DNA of 64,000 bases from Klebsormidium nitens (taxonomy: Eukaryota; Plantae; Klebsormidiophyceae). Each line of letters begins with the position of its first letter. Positions within the stretch are counted from its first letter, which is position 1. The notes below the pieces were generated by a model. That model saw nothing but the letters and a program-made list of their open reading frames with translations, did no database searches and had not been told where the DNA came from. The position numbers and the translations under genes are program-made. The stretch lies in the NCBI GenBank assembly GCA_000708835.1, contig DF237146.1, forward strand, positions 62,001 through 126,000, given 5' to 3'. Positions 1 through 11,300 of this stretch are shown in pieces.

Positions 1-135
1 TGAAGAGCAACACACTCTGGAAACATGCTTTTTCAGCAGCAAAGACTCAAGAGATGAGCATTAAACCAAAGCAAACAGGGAATCTAAGAACGACGAATCG
101 GAAGTCTAGGAGGACCTAGGGATTCCAATGCTTAC

Positions 136-2606
136 GCCGGCGTTGAAGCATGCGTTGGACGGGACGCCGTTGCAAGAAGGGCACGCGGCACCGCCGTTGA
201 TCAGAGTGAAAGTGATGGGAGGGGGGGGAGGGAAGATGTAGTAGTTGCCGTTCGTGCACGTGGCGCCACCATTGGCGTCCTTGTCACCGCACGAGTCGGG
301 GTTAATGCAGCAGACGTGAGTGGTGCCACCTGCAAGCGACGAGGAGGGCTGACGTCAGCTAGGGATGACGGCAGCTATGGATGACGTCAGGGCGAACCAA
401 GGGACGGAAGGGTGGTCTCAAAGCTTGTCCTGACCAGCTGACACTCAACTGTCAAGGTCGTTCTGACAACATTTTGTTTCGGTTTGACCTGACATGCTAA
501 AGCTAGTCACCAAAAATTGACCGTGGGACCTTACTTTTCGGTGCGCAACTATAGCTGCTCTGTTTAAGGGGCAGGGCAAGGGATGGTTAACGGGAGAACC
601 TGGATTAGATGCAAACTATATGCCTCTACCGACTCAGCTCCACACATGTCCTACTGAAAATGGGGAAGAAGGAAGTGGCCTAGAACAGAGTGTCAGAAAA
701 TAAACAGTGGCAGGTTCTGTTCCAAGTCTGGTGCCCATTCTGAAATTTGAACATGAACTTGAAGGGCAAATGTTTTAGAACAGAGTGTCAGGAAAACTGT
801 GGCAGGTTCTTCTAAGTTGTATGGCCACACAAACATTTTTGGACTTGAACGAGAACAAGAGCTCACCATTGTTGAAGCAGGAGTTGGTGGGGGTGTTGGC
901 GGGTGAGTTGGGGCATGCGGTCGCTGCGGGCACGGTCGCGCCAGCTGCATTATTTGAAGGGGTCCTCAGTCAGTCATGAAAGAAAGTTAGTAACCCAGTT
1001 TTTGAAGTAGAAAGTCAGTCAGAAAGTAAGTTCGTCACAAAGCTTACACTCTGCAAGCTGCATTATTTGAAGGGGTCCTCAGTCAGTCATGAACGAAGTT
1101 TATAACGAGTTAACTGAAGGTAAAAGGCAGTCACAAAGTCAATCAGAAAGTAAGTTCGTCACAAGTCTGAAGGTCCGTCTGAGCTGCACCCTGCAGGGTT
1201 AACCCAGGCGGCAGAAACGTGTCTTAGAGTCAAAGGAGCAGTTACTAAGAAGTCGGTCACAGAGAAAAATGAGGACGCAAGAGAGTTGGTTACAGAATAC
1301 TGGTGGCATACCAGTCGTAAGGGGGGCATTTGAAGCAATGAAAGGCTCATCCTGCGGAAGTATTTGGGCTTGGGGAACGAAATCCAAACCAAAATCATTC
1401 AAGGACACGCTTGAAAGGGATCCCTGAGCTGGGGGGGAGGTTCTTAACGGCAAAGCGCATTCACACCACTCTCAGAGGGACATATAAGGTGGAAAGAGAA
1501 TCAATATATGCCCAAATGCAAATCCTAGAAGGCGGGGCTAAGCAAATGCCATTCTCTTAATTGCATTCAGCGTAACATGACCTGTTGTTCCCCAAAGTAT
1601 GAATTGTATTCTCCCATACTGGCCTCAAAGCAGGCTACTTATTAAGCACATATACAGGAATCCCAGGAAAGGAGAATGTCTAATACTTCCAGCCCCTCAA
1701 AGTAAACTGGACACTACATTAACCCCCTGAAAGCATGCACACAAGTGCCCTAACTTGCCCAACAAAGAAGAACCTTGAAGATTTTGCCCTGGGTTTCAAA
1801 GTAAATTGATGAGACAGGGCTTGACCATATGAGGCCTTTACTCATTGCCACTGCCCATATCTATCCACCAGAACTGAACGACAAAAGCCATGGGAATGAC
1901 AAGTCAAGTTCAGTAATTCTGGTCTTCATGGATGCCCCCTGTAGCTTGGAGCCCGAAAGTCCGTAGCGCAAGTCTAGTGAGCTTGTTAGGTGGTAACTGC
2001 CGATATGGCAAAGGTTGACATATGGCAAAGATTGTATGTCAACGCTCAGTCTCACCTGGGGCGGGAGGGCCTGCACAGTAGATAAAAGAATTGTGTCAAT
2101 AACCTGAATGGGAGTTGGGGGAAGCCTGTAAGCGTTTTCTTGACACAAAGGGCTTACCTTGCACACAGAAAGGGTCAAATTGCAAGCAGTAGACGATGTT
2201 ATTGACATTCTGTCTGTTTCTGTGAGGGGTGGTCAACTAGGGATCCCCTGTCAAAGCTGCTACATTTTGGCACTGGTTTGAGGTGCTCAGCTGAAGACTA
2301 GTCCTTCTCAGCATAGATTCAACCTTTTGTGCCCAAATGCAAGAGTTTTGCTACACACTCAACACTACTGCATCCTCAATTCAGGACCCGATAATTGGGC
2401 AAGACAGGGCTAAGGTGTCACCTTCAGCTCAATGGTGCCAACAGAGCAAAGCTGGCCAGACACAGGCACAGCATTCTGTAGCAGCAGAGTGTTCTCAATA
2501 ACCTCATTCAGTGTCCAATAGTGTCAAGGGATGTCCACTCACCTACAGCCGCCGAGGATGACACCACCGAGAGGAGCACCACTGCGAGGATGAACGTGCG
2601 GGCCAT
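136..2606 (-). CDS. Secreted cysteine-rich protein, 5' part (gene continues beyond window start)
   Basis: Exons 2606-2543 (MARTFILAVVLLSVVSSSAAV, signal-peptide-like, donor GTGAGT), 944-867 (GATVPAATACPNSPANTPTNSCFNN) and 329-136 (GGTTHVCCINPDSCGDKDANGGATCTNGNYYIFPPPPPITFTLINGGAACPSCNGVPSNACFNAG, donor GTAAGC). Splice phases 1/1 join in frame. The internal unit CP-x6-7-N-x-CFN-x-G occurs twice. Confidence 0.75.
943..1164 (-). repeat. Direct duplication of an intron 3' end (branch point plus acceptor module)
   Basis: The 38-nt AGCTGCATTATTTGAAGGGGTCCTCAGTCAGTCATGAA is identical at 943-980 and 1056-1093. A second 26-nt near-identical pair lies at 1015-1040 and 1139-1164. Confidence 0.85.
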
Positions 2607-2814
2607 GATTCTGCAGACTGGTGGAAGTTACTTGAGCTGAATGAAGAAGCGCTTTGTTGCTGAGGAGCTCTGGGGGGCAATTGGAATTGTGGTGAAGAGG
2701 TCGTTGAAAGTTTTGAGCTCGTTGGAGCTTCAAGGGAGATTTTATAGCCAATGCGCACGAGAGTCTTCGCCGGTCTCGGCTTCTCGAATGTTCTCATGAC
2801 GGCATGGGGACGGC

Positions 2815-2945
2815 ATTGACGTCAAAAGATCAGCTGTTATGGGGGAATGCTGCAACGGGACCAACCCGGTTGAAAACACAGCTGCTTCAGCTGCCGGTCA
2901 ACCGTTGACCGCCCCGGTCTTACTGTCTGGTTTACAGCTGTCAAC
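2815..2945. promoter_or_regulatory. Putative upstream cis-element cluster of the Cys-rich gene (inverted W-box pair, four CAGCTG E-boxes, TGACGTCA)
   Basis: GGTCAAC-C-GTTGACC perfect inverted repeat at 2896-2910; CAGCTG at 2831, 2879, 2888 and 2935; TGACGTCA at about 2817. The cluster is 210-340 bp upstream of ATG 2606. Confidence 0.35.
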
Positions 2946-5370
2946 ACTTCCCCCTCAGCGGAGCAGTCAAACGCCGCTGAGCACTCCGTGCTTCCATTGG
3001 CGCATGGGAGCGCGGTTACGATCCTGTGGTTATTGAATCTGAAGCTGAGCTGGTGCTTTTCCAGCTAGACGAATCTGGATAACCTGACGGCACAATTCCC
3101 CTCAGAAGACCCTGAGCTCGCGAGCACGCGAATCCGTGGATGTGCATCGCCAGTCACTCCCTCGTGAATGCTTCCCTCCTACTGGCTGCATTCAGCCCGC
3201 CATGCTCTGAGATGCTTACAGAATCTAGGGAGACCGCCGCCCATTGGCGGGTCACCCCGCGTCGGCCGGGAAATCATTTGGCGCGCGTCATGAGCTGACG
3301 TGTCGCCGGGTACGGACGTCACAGGGCGAAGTTGCGGGCGCCAATTGGCAACCATTGCACACCAGCTGTCGGCAACTGTCCGCAGGCGTCGTCAGATTAC
3401 GAATGGACCCGTCACCCTTGCATTGTGGTACTGCCATGCAGCATGAGCTTTGGGCAGCTAGTATGCAGTACATTGTACAGCCCTGCAGCCCTCGTGGAAT
3501 TTCACGCCTTGGAGCTCAATATCACACGTAACCTCTCCCCCTCGGGGAATAGGTAACCTATACTTCTCCGTCCTGGTAACGTACCGTAGCTTCTCCTGTC
3601 GCAGCCTCTTTGCTATGATTCTCTTTCCCACCAATTTCCGCCGCCTCATGTCACGAGACCTTCGGTCAACCGTCCGACCCGTCAGCACGTAGGTGCTAGC
3701 CAATCAGCTTCAGGAATCAGGTCAGCTTCCCCTTTCGTCTTCACTCAAACTGGTAAACAAAGTTCCCTGTCAACCATCTTCTTCCCTGTCAGCCCGTACA
3801 ATTGTGTATTACCTACTCACAATTTTGACTGACAAAGAGAATGAGAATCTCTGCCAATCACAGAGGCGCTCATCTCCTTGGCTCCAAGTCTCCTAGCTGC
3901 CTGATAGCCTCGACGGTACTGTACGTGCGGTAGTGGCACGGTACATGCAGCACATGGTATACCACGTGGGAGGAGGCTTGCAAAATGCAGACGTCTGCAG
4001 ACGAAGTTAGCCAGGTAGGTAGGTATATCCTAGAGTCTAGACTCAGAGTGTGCCCTCGGGGCGCTATCGTGTCCAGAAGAGCTCGGGTGATGATTGGACG
4101 TACGGAACTGGCTGCCGACATTTCCGACTGGACCGGTCCGACGTGTCATGGGGAACCTCCTGCCGTCGAAAGACAGTCCGTCGAAAACCCGTATCCGGAA
4201 AGTACGCCCTGCACTCCTCCGTTGATTCGATACTAAAAAGCGAGCATGTCTCGACGCCACGTCAGATATTAATTTTATCGACGTGTCGGCTGCATCAATG
4301 ATTGACTGCAAAAGTCTGTACGGAAGTACAGGGATCTACCGGCCAGCAAAACGCTTGACCACAAAAGGGATCCCCAAGCAGCAGGCTGATGCAATGTTGA
4401 TCCAATCTTAGACGGACAGAGCTTCATATTCGAACTTTTTCGAAGGCCGGCGCGCAGTGACTGTCGGTCCACCCGGGCCACATCCATGTTCGCAATCTAG
4501 CGGACTCATGAGCCCAATAACTTATAGCTGCTGCTTCAACGCACTGAGCCAGGCAGTTCTCACTGACATGGCACGTACCCGTGTATAGTCAACGATCGTC
4601 TAGGTTCGACCACAATGATTGGGCTCATTCGTGTTTATGAAACTCTCTGCGGAACTATATAAGCGGGACCGTACTAGTTCTCTTAATTAGCAAATGCTTA
4701 AAATTCTCACATATATGATCAGCATGGACGAATTAGCGCTTTAATACTTTCTGGCGAGTATGCATTCAATGGTCATTTGATCGCGATATTCGAATGATGA
4801 TCGAATCGCAATGAAATGGCCGGACCTGGCACGTTGATTTATGTCGATCGGACATTTGCATGTAGGTAGTACGTCAGCCAGACTTTTGATCCAACAATAT
4901 ATAGCTACGGTAGATTCATGAGGGTACGGGTTGTCGGAAACCCTTGATCTTGGCGTGACCGCCCTGCCCGTTGTTAGTTGCATGTGGCCCAACTAGATAT
5001 CCTGACCGGCCAGCCAACCACTTCAGTCTAGACTTTTGATCGCCGCTAGTACATGTAAGACTCCGCCCCCTGTTTGACAGAGCTAGCTTCTTTTCGCGCC
5101 AGCTCGAACTTGGGAATCGTGTTGGCATTAACTCGGCGCGATATTTACAGGGGCGCTGCCCTTCTTTAGCCAGCGGCCCGTTGGAGGCGACAGGCGTCTT
5201 TGTGCGCTTGTATCTACTACAGATTCCCGACCTCCAGCCACTTGAACATGGATTCGTTCAAATGCATCCTTTCCAATCTTTCGGAATGAAGGTGCCATTT
5301 GTCCGAAAAACCTGACTCAACGTAATAAAGAACGAGGATCGAGCAAGTTTAAGTACTCCACTTACAGATA

Positions 5371-8300
5371 TCAACCGAGAAGGCTCATGCAGTTGCCTTG
5401 CCAGTTGAGATCTGTGACGGCTTTTATCCTGGCGTCTGCTTTATCCAGGGCCAAAAGCATCGTGTTGAAAAAGGCTTTGACGTCCATCTTCCTAGCCACG
5501 TGCACGTTCGGCGGCCGACCGCTCTGCTTCCAAACGTCGACCACGGTTTGCCCCGCGCTCAACTGCAGCCCAGGTAAAAAGGACTCAGGAAACCAAAATC
5601 TTTTCACGGTTACAAAAGCTGCACCAAGTGTCGCCTTTGGCAGTCACTTTTCGCAAGAGTCCGCAGTCTGATCTCCTGTCGGACGTTTTCGCCGGGAGCA
5701 TGGGTTAGTTCTGATCTCGTCCTTGGGACGGCAACACACGAACGATCGACACACATTGAAGCGATGCACGTTTTCGGCTTGAGGCAGTGGGTCGACGATA
5801 AACTCGCTCCTTAACTCATTCAAAACACGACGAACGTCGATGTTGACCGGGGGACCCTTGAACAGACTTTGGAGGGACTTTTGCAGATTCCAGGGGCTTG
5901 AGGAAATTGAAACCTCGAGATTCTTGAAGACCATAGCGTTGACGGATACTACGAATGAAGCATGGCTGGCGCCTTTCTTACCTCGCTACGTGTTTCGATG
6001 TCGACTCGGAGATGGTCCACCTGCAATAGACGAACCGTTCGGTGAGCATTTTCTTGTGTCCTACCGAAAAACATTTTTCGGACCAAACCAGAAGTCCTCT
6101 GAAGAAATCACAAACGAAGCCGCAGGCGAAGCACATGAAATTGCCGTTCTCATCAAGTACTCAAACGAACGGAATCTAATCAAAGTTACCCAGACCGGTT
6201 GAGCCCACTTGCTCGGTGAGACGGTGGCCCAGTTCGACCGCATTAAGGCGCATCAAAAAATAAATGGACACACATCTGAAAGTACTTGCACAGTCTTAGA
6301 GGGCGGGTTTGAAGACGCCGCCGCTTGCAAACAAATGCACTTGGAGAATCAGTCACTACTTTCTGTATTCTTGCCCATCTCAGAGATCCGCACCGGAATA
6401 AGACGTACTTAACAGCATGTTCCAGTCCAGATGCTAACCGTGGCAGACGATATGTTTGATTCAAACGTCCAACTCCGGCGATGATTGCGATTGATGCTCT
6501 TGCCAACGAGCCATTAGACCCCCCCTCCCTGCTCCGCCATTGCAACTATGACTTGAACATTCAGCGGAGGTGACGAGCAAGAAAGACGCTTCACTTTACA
6601 TGTCGGCATTGGTAGTGGACTCGACTGGATAAAGTGACGTCACTTTTACCTTGAACATCTCGGGCTCGATGACGTAAGCGACCGCGCAAGGGTCGTGCAG
6701 GGGCGGAAACTCCTTGTTGAACACCTCGCGGTACGTCTTCTTGAAGAACTCGAGCAGGTGGCAGACTGCGAGGAGGGAACGACACGTGTTCACGGTGTGA
6801 ATTGATAATGTCAGCAGAAGCAGCTTGTTCCATTCGTCAGGAGAGGGACAGACGCCACCGAGGCAATTCCTGTTGCATTGTTTGCTTGGAAGAACTCGAG
6901 CGGGTGGCAGACTGCGAGGAGGGGTGACGAGATTCACAAAGACGTTTGCTGACGTCAGCAGAGGCCAAAGATTTTGCCAGACAGAAGATGCGAGGAGGGG
7001 CGACGCGTCATAGGTGCAAATCCAGTCATTTCGTGATATCGTGACGTCAGCAAAGGCCACATGCTGCTGTCACAAAGGAGCGGCGTAAAGCCCTAGTGCA
7101 TGTTTGAGTGCAGTGCCCCTCAGCTGAAAGGAAGTAAGAGCAGATTGCGAGGAAGAGCCAATCACGTTGCTCAGGTGACGCAAGTGATGGTGACACCTCA
7201 TTCAGCAGGAATGACGTAAGCACACGCCAACAGAAAGGGGAGATGTATGGTGTTGGAAGCTTCGGCAATTGCCTTCCGAGCATTCAAAGCAGCAGGCATC
7301 CTTTGACGTGACCAAGTGTGGCCAGGTCTCAATGGAAGTAACGGTCTAGCATACATCAAAAGAAGCCCTGTTTCAGGTGACTATGAACGTAGTGAAAGTT
7401 AAGGCCCAGTTGCTTCAAGATTTGGGGTTTACTAAAATCTTGACCCAAAAGAACACCCGCTCCGCACCCGTACCCAGCCTAAACCCCCAAGTAACCCCAC
7501 TCGTCCCGGTTACTGCACACTGCCCTTACCATTCTAAGAATCTAGCGGGATTCATTTCAGGCATGACTGCCCTAAGCCCGAAGATGGTCTAAATGGGCGA
7601 CTGAAGGCAGCAAGCCAAATGAAGGGCAGGTGGCAACAGCCAGTGCGGACAGAGTTGAGAATGGTGAGCTTACTGAATTGAAAATGGGGTCTGCATTAGC
7701 GGCAATAGAACAATCGGCATAACGCCTCCCCAACGACGAGCTCAAGGCCGACCGACGTTAGCAAAGTAGTCACTTGCTCTTGAGCGCCGGAAACAGAAAC
7801 CGTCAATGAAAGAGACTCCTGAAGTCCAAAAGCATTGGTAGGTATGGGAGTGGACGTTGGTCTCACGCGCAACCTAAGGATTTCTCGCATCTCAGGCCGG
7901 GATAGACTGCCGAGCAGTTGAGATTTGTCCGCGACTCAAGCCGGAACAAGACTGCCGAGCACTTCTACAGCTTTCCGATACACTTTGAAGTACCTTGCAT
8001 TGGGCTAGATGAGTCCCCAGGCTTTGACCGAACTCAAGATTCAAAGTAAACATGCGCCCCAGCCGTACACACTTTTATAACCGCAAACCAGACTCACCCT
8101 GCCCTTTAGCAGTGACCTACCTCCACGTGGCCGTAAACTGAATGCAAAATCGATGCTATTAGCACTCGCCCGTTGCTTGGAACAGCCATCTCCTACCTGT
8201 TGAAATCTGCTGAGGGGTTCACTCTGTTTTGCTTGAAAGACGTGTGCAATAGGAACTGAGGCGCTAGCTGCTCACTGGTTTCTCGGAAGGGTGTCGGGTT

Positions 8301-11300
8301 TGTGGTACGGATGGCGGATATGACAGCTGGCGACACGTTGGCGGTGTGCGTCACCTGCAACGTCACGTCAGCATCATACGTCAGCATCACAGTTTAGCAC
8401 GCTTTGTCCGTTCGAAGATATAGACAACAAGGTGGTACATTGTAGAAGTGAGTGTGTTGGACAAGTGTGACAAGGAGGGAAGCCACATCGAGCACAAGAT
8501 GCACCACTCAACGGTAGCTCACTTTTCAGGAACAACGGATTGCAAGAAATGACATATGTGCCCGGCGTTATTTGGTGGAGAATGCCTCTTCCTTGCAGAC
8601 ATAACGGCTTCTGCAATCCCTCTTACGGGGCCTCGTTCGTTGATGAGTTAGAGAAGAGCAGATTTCTTGCAGTCAGCGATGCTCTTTCTCGTTTCTGCAT
8701 CAACAACAGCAGCTCCGCAATCTTCCAACTCCAAAATGCAGATAGGTTCCGCAACGGATTCCCCGGCCTTACCTCCAGCGGAACCATGGTCACCGAAACC
8801 CCGGACTCGAAGACCATGCTTGCGGCTTCTGGGTCGCACTGCGAGGGACAAAAAGGCAAAGTGGGTCGTAAATTCAAAACCATAATGACCGACCATAGAT
8901 CTGGTACTGGTGGACTGGTCATGCCACTTCGCATATAGTCGTTAATTCATCCGCCTTGCTCCTGGCCTTACACCCTGACAGCCGTAAGCTGGCTTCAGCA
9001 GTCGAAGCGGAGACGAAAGTGGGAGGAGACTCAGCAAAAGCCCTCAAGATTGATACAAAAGAACTCAGAAGAAACCAAAGGTATACCTGAATGTTGAACT
9101 CCACTACGGGGCCCGTGTTCCCGATCCCCAGGCATCCCCCTGAAAAGCAAGTCAGAATATATTTTCTGTAAAGTCTGAGCGTAATTTCGTTTTGAAGAGA
9201 TTGAGAGATCTGTTAGCAGAGGAGCAGGCTCTTGAATGAGATCCTCATGAACTGTCGGTCAAAACAGTACTGGGCAGAAAGATCACGTGGCTCATTTTGG
9301 AGGAGCGAAGTCTACTTCGGAAAGAGCGCCAAGCACCTAACAAGCATTGGACCGTCAGAAAGGCACTTTCTGAGTATCAAAACACGTGGCTCGTCGCGTC
9401 ATAATCACAGATAAATCCGGAAGGTTGTAGCAAGCGAGTAGCAAGCACTGTGTCGATGCGCTTGTTCGCTCGTGTTTGCAGAAAATAAAAGTGAGTAGAA
9501 GCTCGAGCTAGATGGAATTGCACGGAAGCACCCTGGCTGCCGGCGGGGTCACTCACCCATCATCGTGATCTGCAGAAAGACACAGAGACAAATGGTCGGC
9601 GACAAAATTCCGTTTGTCTGCAAGGTACAGCTCTTTGCGTCAAACCTGCCATCAGGTTCAATGCTCCGATCTTGGTTCCTGATTTTGAACCGTTCGATCG
9701 ACGACATGGCAAGCCTTGGATGGCTCGAAAACAGGAACCCGGCTCAGGGAGTTTGGAACCGATGGCAAGTTTGACGCAAACAGCTGTAACAATCAGTCCG
9801 ATCATTCCACAAGCCATCAGCGCTTTGTACCTCGAGTTTCCGAAACCCATCACTGACAGCCCAGTGGATCCGCAGATAGTCTCTCTATTGCCCCGGATGC
9901 TCGGAACACGTCGTTTCAGTGCGGGTCGCCCCTGAGTCCTTTCGACTGCGACTGGACAGCTAGACTCGTGAAAATCTTCATGCAAGCTCCCTAAAAACCC
10001 TTCGGCGTCTGACAAGCGTCAATGCAACTGTTGCGGTCGCTGCGGTAAACGCAACTCTTTAGCCGACGTACAAGCCACCATCAATCGCCTTGGTACGCTG
10101 AAAGGTGGGCTTGGAACGCACTGGTGCCCTTGTTTAACGAAACAAGCTTGCCGATGCGAGATTCATGATCAGGCAAATTTGCAAGCTCAGTCGGTCGCAG
10201 TTGCGAATTCCTGTTTTACCAGTGCTTGTCTAGCTCCTGTTTCATTGCAGTTGCCGTTCGGCAAAGAAGTCATGCGCAAGCGTTTGCAGAAAAGCGGAAC
10301 CTTCACTAACAGTAACGATTAAAGAAAACATACCGGTTGGACCAAACCCACCTCTATCATTTCCTTGATTTCCGGGTAGACGCTGAGCAGCAGTGCAATG
10401 TTCGTCAGTGCCCCTGTCGCTACAAGGGACACCTTTTGCGAACTGCCGTCGTTCCTGCAGAGTCATCATAGGGTTCAGCGCAAATCCATTGCCGTCTTCG
10501 TCAGATCCCGCACCAGAATGTCCCGAGCTTGCTTAACGGGCTTGAAAAGGTCAAACTGTTTACAGCGATTCATTGCGAAAGGGAAGGCCAAACTCCAAAT
10601 ATCGCATCGGCCCCCGTTGCTGCAAACCTTGATTACAATGACCGAAGACATGGGCAGCCTCGCCTCGAAGCTTTTGCTTAGACGTCTTTCTTTTCGACCG
10701 AGAGGAGGACTCGGGCGAGCATTTGCGCAAAGAAGCGCAAAAAGGAAAAAGGAACATAGCTGAACATAGAACACAAGAGAGCAGGCCAGAACGTAGCCAT
10801 CTGCAAGCAGAAAGGATCGTCTCAGTGACCCACTTGAATCGCTTGCTGATGGCGTCAAACATGACGTTGACCGACTTCCCCAAAAGCGGCCGCACCGTTG
10901 GCTGCGGAAGCCTCGCCCCATCGAGCCCCGACTCCCCGTGGATCTCCGGACACGTGCGCACGGGCCGCAGGAGGGGCTTTGTCGCGCCAGGAACGACACC
11001 TGTTCACAAAAGTGGACCAGCTGAGTTGGATATTGATCTATTGTAACAGCCGCTTTCACACACTGTTCTCGCTTTGAAAGCGCCTGTCCACCCACCCGAA
11101 AGTCTTCAACTGGAAGTCGATCTCATAGTAATATTGCCGCTCTTTACACAGTAATTCTCCCTCGACCGAGAGATAGGCGCTTCTTCACTCTGGCTTCCGC
11201 ACTTGATTGGATTCTTATCGAGTAGTGGCCGCGAGCTTTATTATGAAGGTGAACGCGCTCCTTGCCTAAGCGTTTGTTTCCCTCGTTCAACTCGTTCGTT

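Noticed and set aside
4170-4950. ENPYPEST versus DNPYPHEST on opposite strands suggesting terminal inverted repeats
   Set aside because: Nucleotide similarity is limited to about 14 bp and does not extend.
5840-6202. 120-aa plus-strand ORF
   Set aside because: It is antisense to a hydrolase intron and the 39-nt exon 6020-5982, with no recognisable motif.
10475-11095. 206-aa minus-strand ORF
   Set aside because: It overlaps a true hydrolase exon in another frame plus intron sequence and has no independent motif.
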